Of a stretch of DNA of 64,000 bases, positions 17,593-28,075 are shown in pieces. Position 1 is the first letter of the stretch. Every line of letters starts with the position of its first letter. The position numbers were made by a program, and so were the translations under genes. Where the stretch lies: IMG/VR virus record IMGVR_UViG_3300029705_003235. The stretch is one strand, 5' to 3'. The DNA comes from an uncultured virus (IMG/VR IMGVR_UViG_3300029705_003235). Its lineage: Duplodnaviria > Heunggongvirae > Uroviricota > Caudoviricetes. The notes beneath the pieces were generated by a model. That model was not told the DNA's origin and did not search any database. It saw nothing but the letters and a program-made list of their open reading frames with translations.

Positions 17593-18327
17593 TTATACAT
17601 TTTTATTTCTTAAATAGTTAGCTGTCTTACGGGCAAGCCAGTAGCTGTTTGTGTCCTCTTCAAGTTTCTTCAGCCACAAAGCTGAATCGGAAATAATGCC
17701 ACGATGGGCAAGCTCCCAGACGATATCATTAACCGTTGTAAGCTCTGCGATGGGGGCTTTAGTTGCAGAGCCGGACAATAGCTTCTTAACATCAGATCTG
17801 AAAGTATCCATGCTTTTTCCGTGTTTCGGAAACCAATGCATAACATCACCGTGGTTTGAAGCGATACCTTTCTTGTAACCCTCCGAATGGCAAATGATAT
17901 CCTTTTCGGTAAGTCCGTACTCTTTACAAAGGTAAGCACAAAGTTCAACGGCTTCTTTGTACACTGCATTGAAATATGTAGCATCGTTCAGTCCGTCCTC
18001 ACAGATTTCAAAACCGATATGAGTATTGTTAGCCGAACCGCCTGCGTGCCAGCCTCTGTGGTTCCACGGTAAGGTCTGGTAGGTCGCAACCGAACCATCA
18101 GCAAGCTTGCCGATGAATCCGTGAACACATACCTGAATGCCACCGGGACGGGCAGTGTTCCAGTGATTGCCATACTGGTTCTTACCGATTTTTCCGTCAT
18201 CAGGAAGATAGCGTTTAAGCCACGGATTGTTTGCACCCGTGGAATGAACCATAATACCTTTTACAGTGATTTTCTTGCCTGCCTTATAGCAGTCATTGTT
18301 GGTTAAAAATAACTTATTTAGATTCAT
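17593..18327 (-). CDS. N-acetylmuramoyl-L-alanine amidase endolysin (Amidase_2)
   Basis: IMVHSTG, WHAGG..NNTHIGFEICE, ICHSE...SNHGD. Confidence 0.92.
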   Translation of the reverse strand: MNLNKLFLTNNDCYKAGKKITVKGIMVHSTGANNPWLKRYLPDDGKIGKNQYGNHWNTARPGGIQVCVHGFIGKLADGSVATYQTLPWNHRGWHAGGSANNTHIGFEICEDGLNDATYFNAVYKEAVELCAYLCKEYGLTEKDIICHSEGYKKGIASNHGDVMHWFPKHGKSMDTFRSDVKKLLSGSATKAPIAELTTVNDIVWELAHRGIISDSALWLKKLEEDTNSYWLARKTANYLRNKNV

Positions 18328-18715
18328 TGTCATTCTCCTCTCTTAATTTAGCAAGTGCATCTTTGAGTACCTTTGGAAGCGGAAGTCCTAACTGGCCCCA
18401 ATTTTCAAGAATTGAGAAACCTTCGTTTGCTATGTAATACGAGATAGCCACAGTTCGCAGTGCCATGCTGTCAACATGGATGAATTTATCAAGCTGTGCT
18501 GCCACCGCTACAATAAGCAAGATTCCGAGTTTCTTGACTCCACCAATGTAGAATTTGCTTGAGTCAAACTGCTTCAATGCCCAAGCCTTTGTGAAGCCAC
18601 TTACAAAATCGGTAATCATGAAAATAATAAGGATGGAAAGCATCGTATCCATCCCACCGAAAATGTAAGCAATTGAAGTTGAAATTGCTGTGAAAAAAAG
18701 TTTGATTTTTCCCAT
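18314..18715 (-). CDS. Phage holin
   Basis: Transmembrane segments; YYIANEGFSILENWGQLGLPLPKVLK. Confidence 0.9.
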   Translation of the reverse strand: MGKIKLFFTAISTSIAYIFGGMDTMLSILIIFMITDFVSGFTKAWALKQFDSSKFYIGGVKKLGILLIVAVAAQLDKFIHVDSMALRTVAISYYIANEGFSILENWGQLGLPLPKVLKDALAKLREENDNESK

Positions 18716-18718
18716 AAG

Positions 18719-19579
18719 TTAATCCTCCTTATAAATTTGTAAATAGCTTTCGCTTAATTCTTCTTCACCGTAATAATGCATTACGGAAATATAATAAAGA
18801 GTTCCGGCAGTAAGCTCGAAACTCTCATCATAAAAATATCCGTCATAAAGCTCTGTGAAATCCGAACCATATAGACGAAGTTCATGGTCTCCTGATACTC
18901 GTTTTTCTCTTATACAGTAAGTTCCAGAGGTAGGCGGTGTAAATCCAAAGACCCGTGTTGAATCAGACTCCGAAGTATAATGTGCAGAATGAACAGTTCG
19001 TACAGGCATAAGAGTTCCATCCACATTTGCAAGTACATTTGTTGCAGGAACTAAAACTCCATCAATATTTACGAACACCTCGTGCAAATTTTGATAAAGG
19101 GAATTGTATCGATTTGCAAAGACACCATATTGGAATTTCCCTGTTTCAAGCTCTTGCAGTTCAAGACTTTCTGTCAATGTTATTGATTCTACAGCATACC
19201 AAGAATCCCAGCTTCGGCTCGAACCGGGGTCCGAGGATGGCACGAAGCAAAATTTTGTAATGTCGAGATTATTTATATCGCAGTCGATTGTGTAAAGTCC
19301 CGTATCCGGCAAAGTGAAAGTTTCTATTTCCACCCAACTGCCGGAAGATTTACAAACAAAGAAATCCCAACTTCTGTCATAAATAGTGCCTGAACCTGTA
19401 TTTATAATTTCAATACTGATTTTCAAATGTTTACATCCGGTTACTGTGTTGTTGAAAACCATAGGATATGTGTAAGAACCATTTCTTGTTATTCTTGTTT
19501 CAGACCATTGGTTCTGAAATCTTCCTTCTTCGCCATAGCCTGTATAAGGATATTCATAAACAAAATCTATAGTTGCCAT
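18719..19579 (-). CDS. Hypothetical tail/receptor-binding-associated protein
   Basis: Beta-rich ORF between the fibre genes and the holin. Confidence 0.65.
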   Translation of the reverse strand: MATIDFVYEYPYTGYGEEGRFQNQWSETRITRNGSYTYPMVFNNTVTGCKHLKISIEIINTGSGTIYDRSWDFFVCKSSGSWVEIETFTLPDTGLYTIDCDINNLDITKFCFVPSSDPGSSRSWDSWYAVESITLTESLELQELETGKFQYGVFANRYNSLYQNLHEVFVNIDGVLVPATNVLANVDGTLMPVRTVHSAHYTSESDSTRVFGFTPPTSGTYCIREKRVSGDHELRLYGSDFTELYDGYFYDESFELTAGTLYYISVMHYYGEEELSESYLQIYKED

Positions 19580-19587
19580 AACTCACC

Positions 19588-20205
19588 TCAAAATGTCTTG
19601 ATAACGATGTCACCATAACTTGTTGCCGGAGGGGTATCACCGCTTGTCCACAGTACAATATTTCTTACTTGTTTTGTGGTATATGAAGTGTTTGAATAGG
19701 CAGTAAGCTGTGCGGTCATCGTTGTCGCAGCATTCTTTCTTACAAAGTTTGAATCAACATAAGTCTTGTTTGCAATGTCGTATGAGTTTGACGGATTCTG
19801 AACTCTTGCACGTCCGCTTGAATCTCTCATCATAAGAGTGCTTGCAGTATATGAACTGGTTGCATTATTCATTTTTGTTTTATCAGTGCTGCTCATAAAA
19901 CCATTAGCTGATGTTGTTGCGTTTGCATGAGTTCCGTTATTAATATGGTCAGCACATTCCTCAAGGCTAACCGATGGGTCAGCCTGCCAAGATGACTGTC
20001 CTGTAATGGCTTTTATGCGGTTTGCAATCCAACCAAGAACAGTTTGAAGTTTCCCACGTGATGAACTTCCCGGTGCATCTGTAGCTAAAATAGACGGAGT
20101 CAAGGCCCCGTCTATTTCATCAAAGTTTTCATTCAATACTGCAATATCCGCATTATCAGAATAAAGCGGTTTTTTCAGTAAGTAGTTTGTGGTTTCCTTT
20201 GGCAT
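19588..20205 (-). CDS. Tail fibre-like protein
   Basis: TNYLLKKP...NENFDEID N-terminus; ATTSANGFMSSTDKTK; DIANKTYVD. Confidence 0.75.
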   Translation of the reverse strand: MPKETTNYLLKKPLYSDNADIAVLNENFDEIDGALTPSILATDAPGSSSRGKLQTVLGWIANRIKAITGQSSWQADPSVSLEECADHINNGTHANATTSANGFMSSTDKTKMNNATSSYTASTLMMRDSSGRARVQNPSNSYDIANKTYVDSNFVRKNAATTMTAQLTAYSNTSYTTKQVRNIVLWTSGDTPPATSYGDIVIKTF

Positions 20206-20211
20206 AATTTA

Positions 20212-22164
20212 TCACTCCTTAAACCATACGAGAATCTTGTCCTCGGATACTCTCTTCAATACTGGATAGCCGTTCTCAATGGATTTTACAGCAATTCCAT
20301 CTGTTCCCGGTCTGCAAAGGTCACCGCTTTTGAGTGTTCCGTCATCATAAACAACAAGTTTTCCGAGAACCCCTACAGGTGACCATTCAGGTCGGTTCTT
20401 TCTCGGAACATACTCTTCGGTGCTATCCCAATCCGGGTTTAACACGGGCTGTCTTTCAATATGCTCCTCTGAAATAAGGTTATACTCATCATCGTATTCA
20501 GCCGAAACCACCACATCATGATATTGAACTCTTCCAAAATCATCAGTGAGATATTTACCTTTCCAGTGCATTTCACCGCTATCACCGATAATAGCAGGCT
20601 TTGCAGAAACAATGCCGAGAGGCTTCTCGAACTCACCGCATTTGACAATCTTTTCTCCGTTGAGTTTTACGAAATACCCAACACGGTCTTCGGAGTTAGG
20701 ATTTCCATCCTCCCACTCGAAATACTCGGCATAGTCGGCACATGGTGTTGTATATTCAGCATCAGCATGAACACTTCCGTCCGAAAGAACTTTGAATGCA
20801 AGACCATGAGATTTGTGTGCAGTACCATTTGCAAGGGCAAGTGAGTATGGTTCTGTAATCGTTCCATACTTGCCCCAGATGTTCGCACCTTCGCCTGCAG
20901 CTATGGTGTGATAACCATTTGCATTTGTATACTTGCCGGAAGCAATGGTATAGTAACCGCCTGTTTGGGATGCATTTGCATACGAAGTAGAAGAATCGCA
21001 TACAAAAACCAATCCGTCTGGGAAAAGTTTATATGCATAACTTCCGCTGCCCCCCATGTAAGCAGAACTATCAAGGTAGATTGTGTTTCCGCTAACAGAC
21101 TTTACTGTTTGTTCGGAAAACACAAATGAGTTAGCACTATTGTAGCAACGCATTAAAATTTTTGTTCCCTCGGATATTCCAGAAAGCGAATATGTGCTGT
21201 CAATAGTCAGATACCTACTTGTTGTATTCAAAGCTGTTGCTTTAAGAGGTCTGCCTACAACTCTCGAATAATATCCTATTGCTGTTGAGTACGGAGAATA
21301 GTTGTAAGCGTAGTTTAATGCTGTACCATATTCGCCATAGCTTCTTCCAGAATTAGCTGAAAAAGAGCTATTCTTGGTTGCTTGGGAAAGCCCAAAAGCT
21401 GCCGCATACGCACCAGTTGCTGTAGCCGAACAAGCTGCAAAAGAATAGTTCCCATCAGCACGACCTGCACCGGCAGCCATGGCTTTTCCACCTGTTGCTG
21501 TTCCACCAAAAGAGATGCATCCGCTTGTTCCAACCAATTTATGTTCATCGTTTAATACCACGAAGGCAGCAGGATATGAGTAATCTTCCATAATATGTAT
21601 ATCGTCAGGCGGCTCTGTTTGCATACTGAATCCATCGATAGTAAACCATCCCGATGACTCGTCAATGCCAATAATTTCGCATATCTGTAGTCCTGAATAT
21701 ACACTAACGTAATCGTCCCAGTTTTCAGTAGTCCAATTCCGACATACTTCTATTGCTACTTTGTCACCGACTTTGAAAGGAGGCACAAATTCTTCTTCAC
21801 CCCAATAGTAATACCACATGGTATTGCTATATACATCGAACCAATCATAGCTTAATTCGTCATAAGGGATGTGGTCTTTAACAATGCCATCAGTTACAAA
21901 TGCTAAATTTTCTCCTACGATTATGTTGTTCGAACCTATGACAAGATTACCTTTACCATAAACAACATTGTTCTCACCGATGACGACATTATCTTCGCCA
22001 TCAATATAAAGCTGTTCACCGAGAACATTTGTAATCGAGCCACCACTCTGATAAAGTTCATTGATTGCTCCAACTATATTTTTTGCTGCAGTTCTTAATT
22101 TTTTGACCTCACCAACATCCTCATAAGTGGCAAGACCAATATCACTTGGTTTTATTTCAGCCAT
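20212..22164 (-). CDS. Tail spike/fibre with peptidase G2-type intramolecular chaperone domain
   Basis: Ala/Gly/Ser beta-roll repeats; ADYAEYFEWEDGN...YVPRKNRPEWSPVGVLGK. Confidence 0.85.
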   Translation of the reverse strand: MAEIKPSDIGLATYEDVGEVKKLRTAAKNIVGAINELYQSGGSITNVLGEQLYIDGEDNVVIGENNVVYGKGNLVIGSNNIIVGENLAFVTDGIVKDHIPYDELSYDWFDVYSNTMWYYYWGEEEFVPPFKVGDKVAIEVCRNWTTENWDDYVSVYSGLQICEIIGIDESSGWFTIDGFSMQTEPPDDIHIMEDYSYPAAFVVLNDEHKLVGTSGCISFGGTATGGKAMAAGAGRADGNYSFAACSATATGAYAAAFGLSQATKNSSFSANSGRSYGEYGTALNYAYNYSPYSTAIGYYSRVVGRPLKATALNTTSRYLTIDSTYSLSGISEGTKILMRCYNSANSFVFSEQTVKSVSGNTIYLDSSAYMGGSGSYAYKLFPDGLVFVCDSSTSYANASQTGGYYTIASGKYTNANGYHTIAAGEGANIWGKYGTITEPYSLALANGTAHKSHGLAFKVLSDGSVHADAEYTTPCADYAEYFEWEDGNPNSEDRVGYFVKLNGEKIVKCGEFEKPLGIVSAKPAIIGDSGEMHWKGKYLTDDFGRVQYHDVVVSAEYDDEYNLISEEHIERQPVLNPDWDSTEEYVPRKNRPEWSPVGVLGKLVVYDDGTLKSGDLCRPGTDGIAVKSIENGYPVLKRVSEDKILVWFKE

Positions 22165-22808
22165 TATTCATTCCTCCTTGCATATGCATTTGTGCCATCC
22201 CAAACGACTGTACCATTCCCGGTTTCTTCGGTGGTATAATAAACGGCACCTTCATCAGTAATGTTTAATACTTTTTTGTGTTCAAACACCAATACCTCAT
22301 CCCAAGTATAAGTTTTTACTGTTGTCCAGTTTTGGAGTGTATCAATGACATCTTCCCAAAGCCTATAAGTGAAAATATATTCGACAGCGAGATGGGCAGG
22401 TTTGATTTCTTCAACCATAGCCTGAATATCAGCTATGTTGTATGGGATACCTGTTCTTGAAGTGAACTTAACAGCAAAGCAGTATTGAGAGGGATATTCA
22501 ATTATTTCTATATCTCCATTCACAAAGGACGCTGCAACATTTTTCATCATTGTTTTTGTAACTGTTCCCGTACCACGAAGCCTTGACATAACTCGACCTC
22601 GTCTTGTTTCAATGTCAGCCGAGGGGTCTGGTGTTAAACCCACATCTTGCTCGTGGTTTTGGATGTTTTCATCCGTCAAAATAACAAAGAACTGATTTTC
22701 AGTAAGAGCAACCTTATCCTTGAGCCTTTCAAATTCCAACTCTATGCTTTTAAACAGCTCTTGCATGACTTTGGATTTTCTATAGTATGAGGGTAGTTTC
22801 TTAAGCAA
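22164..22808 (-). CDS. Baseplate wedge protein (XkdU/YmfQ, DUF2313)
   Basis: LPSYY...IETRRGRVMSRLRG...EEIKPAHL. Confidence 0.85.
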   Translation of the reverse strand: MLKKLPSYYRKSKVMQELFKSIELEFERLKDKVALTENQFFVILTDENIQNHEQDVGLTPDPSADIETRRGRVMSRLRGTGTVTKTMMKNVAASFVNGDIEIIEYPSQYCFAVKFTSRTGIPYNIADIQAMVEEIKPAHLAVEYIFTYRLWEDVIDTLQNWTTVKTYTWDEVLVFEHKKVLNITDEGAVYYTTEETGNGTVVWDGTNAYARRNE

Positions 22809-23835
22809 GAGTAATCACCCCCAAAGCCGGAACCTCTGTTTCACCGATGTCAATATTATCTGTGCCACCATTTAGGGAAAGGTCACTGTAGTCGGTGACA
22901 GCATCGCAATTCAAAATACAACCACCGATTTGTGCATAAGAAATATAAGTACCTGAAAAAGCATTTTTTTGCAGATACTTAGTTATGCTCTCGGAGATTT
23001 TTTCTATAGCTGTTTCTTCTGTATACCCGTTTGCGAGAACAAGAGAAACTGCGATATCAATAACAAGCGGAGTTGCACTTTCCACTGTTACTTCAGCTCC
23101 TATGGGTCTGTTTTCTTCAATGTGCTGTGCGACCTCTGCAATAAGTTCTTCACTTGCAGCACCCTTGTCCGAGTTGATTATGATTACCTTAACGGTGCCA
23201 TTGCCATTCCAAAGCGGCAGACACTTCGCATCACCAACACCACCGATTTCTTTTGCCCACATGATGTAATGATACTTACTGCCGGAGGTTGCAGGCAAGG
23301 ACACCTTTTCAAAGTAACGCTCACGAAGTTCGTCATCGGTTTCTTCGTCAAATCCGTCTTCTGCTGCGATAGTGTTTGTAACCGAAACCAGTCCGGGGAG
23401 CGTGACCGGGAAACGATTTATTGCACCCACTGGAACATTACCGATTCTGCCGGGGGTATCGCACTTTGCAGACACTGTCGCTGAACCCGTATCATCAAGG
23501 GTTGTGGATTCTGTTACAGTGAAGATGAGTGTATCCGATGCCACCTTATCACCGCTTGAAATTATGCTGCCGGGTGTTCCTACCAAAGTTACACTAACAA
23601 TGGAGTTTGTGGCTGCTTTTCTTACGATACCTTGTTCTGCAACCTTGCTGTCAAGGTAAACCCCGGTAGCTGTCAAAGCAAAGCCGTTTTTAAGTATTTC
23701 TTCGGTTCGGTTACTTATGATAGCAATTTGTTCAGAAAGCGGTTTATCAACATCATAAAAAAATGAGCCGACAGTCTTGTCGAACTCATCACTAATCTGC
23801 GACAGTAACCGTGATAGAATTTGCTCCTGATTCAC
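22801..23835 (-). CDS. Baseplate J-like protein (XkdT)
   Basis: ATGVYLD, GNVPVGAI, GFDEETDDELRER, WNGNGTVKV. Confidence 0.92.
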   Translation of the reverse strand: MNQEQILSRLLSQISDEFDKTVGSFFYDVDKPLSEQIAIISNRTEEILKNGFALTATGVYLDSKVAEQGIVRKAATNSIVSVTLVGTPGSIISSGDKVASDTLIFTVTESTTLDDTGSATVSAKCDTPGRIGNVPVGAINRFPVTLPGLVSVTNTIAAEDGFDEETDDELRERYFEKVSLPATSGSKYHYIMWAKEIGGVGDAKCLPLWNGNGTVKVIIINSDKGAASEELIAEVAQHIEENRPIGAEVTVESATPLVIDIAVSLVLANGYTEETAIEKISESITKYLQKNAFSGTYISYAQIGGCILNCDAVTDYSDLSLNGGTDNIDIGETEVPALGVITLA

Positions 23836-24232
23836 CTATATACACCTCCAATGCAACTGTGATTGAACCTTTATCTCTTGTGAGATTAAAACTGCTGACA
23901 TTTGTTATTTGAGGATTTTGAAGCAGAGCTTCCTCAATCTCACGTTTCAGCTCGGCTTCTATGAACTCAACGGTGTAGTTATTACCGATGATTAAATCCT
24001 CCAAATGGCAGCCGTATTCAGTACCATCATAAATTTGGTATCTGCCTTTTTCGGTTCGGATGATTTTTTCAATCCAAACCCTTATAGCTTCAATTCCGTC
24101 ACACTCTATGAGCTTACCATCAAGCACCACAAAATCTCCCTTGTCAAAATCAAAGAGATAAGTTTTTGTACCGCCGGAATTGTCAGCTGTGTTTTGGGTG
24201 ACGGTTATTTCTTTCGATTGTGGAAACATCAC
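23792..24232 (-). CDS. Baseplate protein (XkdS/DUF2634)
   Basis: FDFDKGDF...EAIRVWIEK..RTE..RY.IY..EYG. Confidence 0.85.
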   Translation of the reverse strand: MMFPQSKEITVTQNTADNSGGTKTYLFDFDKGDFVVLDGKLIECDGIEAIRVWIEKIIRTEKGRYQIYDGTEYGCHLEDLIIGNNYTVEFIEAELKREIEEALLQNPQITNVSSFNLTRDKGSITVALEVYIGESGANSITVTVAD

Positions 24233-24495
24233 ATCACCATCCCAACTACTATAAATTTTTGATTATTGGAAAACGGAAGGAGTACAACCTCTTTTCCAAG
24301 ATTTATATAATCACCATCATAATTCTGTTCTTTAAGATTAAACAGGCAAACCAGATGGCTGTCATTTAATATTACCTTTTCATTGATTCGTATTTTTGTT
24401 CTCGGAAGCTCTATAATCTTACCGAACATAGGAGAATATCCGGCATCATTATTTCTTTCTTTGAAGAGCTTTGCAAGTTCAGTAATACCACTCAT
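24229..24495 (-). CDS. Baseplate spike-like protein (XkdR/DUF2577)
   Basis: Synteny; GKEVVLLP...QKFIVV. Confidence 0.7.
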   Translation of the reverse strand: MSGITELAKLFKERNNDAGYSPMFGKIIELPRTKIRINEKVILNDSHLVCLFNLKEQNYDGDYINLGKEVVLLPFSNNQKFIVVGMVM

Positions 24496-25448
24496 GATGC
24501 CCACCTCCGTAAATCAAGTTTTACATAGTGCCTTCCGTTTTTAATACTGTGACCGCTGCCTTCAATGAGATAGTTCAAATCACCGATTGTAATAACCGAG
24601 CCTGCTCTTGTATAGCTGTTTAGGGCTTCGATGATTTCACATGAGAATGTTTCTTTCTTTTTGTTCAGTTCGGCAAGCTGCGTATCTGCCACAGTATTCG
24701 CATTTTCCTTTTCAGGGTCTATCTTCACAACCTTTTGAAGCAAGCCATATTTTTCAATACTTGCATCGTCCTTTTTAGTTGCTTTCAAAGAATAGACACT
24801 GTCTTTCTCGGTAACGACCTTTATGCTGTTTTTCATTTCATCAATGCTTAAGGAATGAGAAACACTCCCACGAAGTAAAGGAGAGAATATGAGCCGTGTA
24901 TTCGGAGTGATTCTGAATTCCGGGTACGCATAAAGGTCACCGAGCTTATATATTCGCACACCGCTTGGAGTCACATCAAGGTTATATCCTCCGCCACAAA
25001 GCTTTAAGATGTCCTTGATAATCTCCGACAGCACCTTGTCAAGGTAGAGCTGTGTAATTTCTGTGTTAAGATCAGGAATTGTGTCGATGGGGATGCCATA
25101 ATCTTCGCATATCTTTTTTATCGCTTTTTTCGCAGTCATCTTATTGAACTGATAGGTTTCGGAGGACTTATTCAAATACCACCCAAAGTCACAAGAGGTG
25201 TATTTGTTTACAGTCTCTGAACCATCATCAACAGATATAATAATTCCTCTGAAAATCTCACCATTCGTTACAATGCTTACAATGCCGCCTTCTTGCGGTG
25301 CGTAGAAGTTTAAGTATTTTGTGTCCGTTTTTGCCACCTCAAAAGAAAGTGAAGTGGCAAGCTCATCAACAGTATTCTGCCATGAGATATTTCCGGCATA
25401 GGCTGTAATGTCAACACCATCTGCAAAAAGCTGAAAGTTTTCACTCAT
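24492..25448 (-). CDS. Baseplate hub (XkdQ/YqbQ-like)
   Basis: Synteny and size; SIEKYGLLQKV. Confidence 0.85.
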   Translation of the reverse strand: MSENFQLFADGVDITAYAGNISWQNTVDELATSLSFEVAKTDTKYLNFYAPQEGGIVSIVTNGEIFRGIIISVDDGSETVNKYTSCDFGWYLNKSSETYQFNKMTAKKAIKKICEDYGIPIDTIPDLNTEITQLYLDKVLSEIIKDILKLCGGGYNLDVTPSGVRIYKLGDLYAYPEFRITPNTRLIFSPLLRGSVSHSLSIDEMKNSIKVVTEKDSVYSLKATKKDDASIEKYGLLQKVVKIDPEKENANTVADTQLAELNKKKETFSCEIIEALNSYTRAGSVITIGDLNYLIEGSGHSIKNGRHYVKLDLRRWAS

Positions 25449-25459
25449 CCGAACACCCC

Positions 25460-25855
25460 CTATAAAAGAGGCACTTCGCCAAGTGTTATGCTGTAGTTCA
25501 TATCACCGTCTTTTTTTATGGTGTATGAGAAGTCGTCTATACAGCAAGCCATGTTGATTGGTGTTTCTGTAATTATGAGCCGTATGGGTAATTTTTGTTT
25601 TACCCAAGTGTCTATAGTATAGAGGTAACCGAAAGCTGTGTCGCTTCTGTCACGAAGGAACGGGTAATCTCGAACCGGGAAGAAACAGCTCCACGATATA
25701 CTCTTTAACGCAGGTCTTCCGATGAGCTTTAGTTGTCCCTGTGTTACGGTTTCAAAGGTCTCATTGGAGTGAGGTTTTGAAACCGTAAATTCAGGAGGGA
25801 GAACAGGCAAACGGAGAACCTGTTCTCGGTTATTCACACTCAAATAAATATCCAT
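25460..25855 (-). CDS. Tail tube initiator (XkdP-like, no LysM seen)
   Basis: LRLPVLPPEF...ISWSCFFP; follows the tape measure gene. Confidence 0.75.
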   Translation of the reverse strand: MDIYLSVNNREQVLRLPVLPPEFTVSKPHSNETFETVTQGQLKLIGRPALKSISWSCFFPVRDYPFLRDRSDTAFGYLYTIDTWVKQKLPIRLIITETPINMACCIDDFSYTIKKDGDMNYSITLGEVPLL

Positions 25856-25868
25856 TTGTCTGTCTCCT

Positions 25869-27899
25869 TTACAAGTTTGATAGTGCAAGCTTCAGTTTTG
25901 GCATCAGCTCGTCAACAATATCATCAATTGACTTTCCGTCAGCATAGATATTGATATTAAAATGGTTTTCAGATTTTTGTGCAGTCTTATTTGCAAGCGG
26001 AGTAACTTGTGCTCCTCTTGGCAAGGTCAACATTTCGGGACCTTTTTCACCGACAATTACAGTACCATCGGTTCGGATAGTACCACCTTTTGCCAGAAGC
26101 GGAATCTGCGGAGCCGTGAATGTTGGAATTGCAGGAATGCCAACAACACCAGTGACCTTATTGATACCTTTAATAAGTCCGTTGATGCCGGAAACCGCAC
26201 CACGAATCATTCCGTTAATTGCTGAAATGATGCCGTTAATAGCACCTTTGACCGCACCTACGATTCCGTTCCACACATTTGAGATTGCATTTCCGATGCC
26301 AGTGAAGACAGATGTCGCAGCAGATGAAATCGTGTTCCAAGCACCACTCAAAAAGCCTGTGATTCCGTTCCAGACAGACATCACAGTATTTTTGATGCCC
26401 TCCCACAAGCCGGAGAAAAATGATGCGATTGATGTGCCGATTGACACGAAGAAATCTCCAACTGCTTGAAATGCCTGTTTACACCATGCACAGATTGAGT
26501 CCCAATTCATCCACATAGCTACACCGATTGCAATAAGGGCACCGATGGCTACGATGATTATGCCGATTGGGTTTGCTGTAAGAGCCACATTCAATGCCCA
26601 CTGTGCAGCGGTACAGATGCCTTGACAAATTGCCCATGCATTCTGAACAAGGTTAATGGCAAGAACCGCACCTTTATAAACAAGAATTGCTCCGGCGATA
26701 CCTGCGATGATTGGAGCTATAAGGCCCCAATTGTTCACGAAGAAGTTAAACACCGCTGTTGCACCAGAAACAACACCTGCAAGTGCATTTACAATCAAAG
26801 GTAGTCCAACATCCTTGACCCAATTCAAAGCAGGCTTACAGAACTCAAACGCAGAAAAAAGGGCATCCTTCAATCCACCGAGGATTGTAAGGATACCGCT
26901 GAAGGCACCTGAATTTGCCTGAACTGCATTTTTGATATTTGTAAAAGCCGATACACCATAGTTCCATACCGCTTGAAAAGCTATACCAAGAGGTGGAAGT
27001 ACATTGTCCTTTATCCATACAAGAGGAACAGATGCAGCATCAATAGCTGAAACAACTACATTTTGAATCGTTGGCATCACACTTGCAACATATCCAAAGG
27101 TAGAAGTCAGTACCGGGTACAACTTGCCACCAATAACCTCTTGCATATCACCCCAAGCATTTTTTACTTGTATGATTTTACCCTCTGGGGTATTTGCCAT
27201 TGCCTCGGAAAGTCCACCAAAATTCTGACCTAATACTTCAACAAGCATTGCTGCTCTTTCGCTTTCGTTTCCGTTTGCAAGAATTTTCTTTTGTGTTTCG
27301 TCAAGAGTAACACCATATCTGGTAAGAGCACCGACATTCCCTGTCATAACCTTACCCATAAGGTTTGCCATCTGCTGCATTTGGTCACCTGATACTGAAA
27401 CGCCATACTGTGAAACAGCCAAGTCTTGAAGAGAAGGAAGAAGTGTTTTTATCGTGTCACTTTGCAACTGAAAAGTAGCAAGCTGTGAAGCTCCTTGAAT
27501 GGTAGCTTCATCTCCAACTGTTGTTATGCCTTGAAGTTCACTTGCATACTTTTTCATTGCATCCACATTTTCAAGTGTTGTACCTTTTACATTCATCATC
27601 AGCTGTTCAAGACGGGCTTCCGACTTAACCTGTGTTTCGCAAGCAGTTATACACTGTTTGGTAAAGTCCACGATTTTTGAAAACCCGGCATACGCTGCCA
27701 CCACGCCAGTTACCTTTTTTGCAAGACTTGAAAGAGATGCTCCTGTCAGCTTGTTTTGATTGCTCAATTTTTTTAGGCTTCCCGTGGCATTCGTAGTATG
27801 TGTTTTAAGGTTTTTTGTCCCCGTGATAGCATTTTTTATCCCAGCGGTGAAATTACCATCTTTGATAGAAAGCGTTGCACCAATGTTCTTTTTAGCCAT
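25869..27899 (-). CDS. Tape measure protein
   Basis: Ala/Gly-rich helical W/F repeats; LAKGG...VGEKGPEML. Confidence 0.92.
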   Translation of the reverse strand: MAKKNIGATLSIKDGNFTAGIKNAITGTKNLKTHTTNATGSLKKLSNQNKLTGASLSSLAKKVTGVVAAYAGFSKIVDFTKQCITACETQVKSEARLEQLMMNVKGTTLENVDAMKKYASELQGITTVGDEATIQGASQLATFQLQSDTIKTLLPSLQDLAVSQYGVSVSGDQMQQMANLMGKVMTGNVGALTRYGVTLDETQKKILANGNESERAAMLVEVLGQNFGGLSEAMANTPEGKIIQVKNAWGDMQEVIGGKLYPVLTSTFGYVASVMPTIQNVVVSAIDAASVPLVWIKDNVLPPLGIAFQAVWNYGVSAFTNIKNAVQANSGAFSGILTILGGLKDALFSAFEFCKPALNWVKDVGLPLIVNALAGVVSGATAVFNFFVNNWGLIAPIIAGIAGAILVYKGAVLAINLVQNAWAICQGICTAAQWALNVALTANPIGIIIVAIGALIAIGVAMWMNWDSICAWCKQAFQAVGDFFVSIGTSIASFFSGLWEGIKNTVMSVWNGITGFLSGAWNTISSAATSVFTGIGNAISNVWNGIVGAVKGAINGIISAINGMIRGAVSGINGLIKGINKVTGVVGIPAIPTFTAPQIPLLAKGGTIRTDGTVIVGEKGPEMLTLPRGAQVTPLANKTAQKSENHFNINIYADGKSIDDIVDELMPKLKLALSNL

Positions 27900-28075
27900 T
27901 AGCTTTCACCACCTGTCAGTGCCTTGTATTTTTCAAGTTCATCCTCCATATAAACTTCATAACATCCTTTATAAAAGAGCTTTTCTGTAAAGGACAAATT
28001 TATAATCTTTTCAGGAGGAATCCCTCGATTAAGGAAGTGACAGAGCATGGCAAGCTCTCCATCACCTCTTATGAG
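27899..28075 (-). CDS. -1 frame extension of the tail assembly chaperone (G-T product)
   Basis: Open 58-aa frame LIRGDGELAMLCHFLNRGIPPEK...GGES after slippery AAAAAAC; its stop overlaps the tape measure ATG. Confidence 0.75.
   Translation of the reverse strand, partial: LIRGDGELAMLCHFLNRGIPPEKIINLSFTEKLFYKGCYEVYMEDELEKYKALTGGES

Noticed and set aside
18719..22164. Diversity-generating retroelement or shufflon at the tail fibres
   Set aside because: No reverse transcriptase, no TR/VR pair and no inverted fibre cassettes seen
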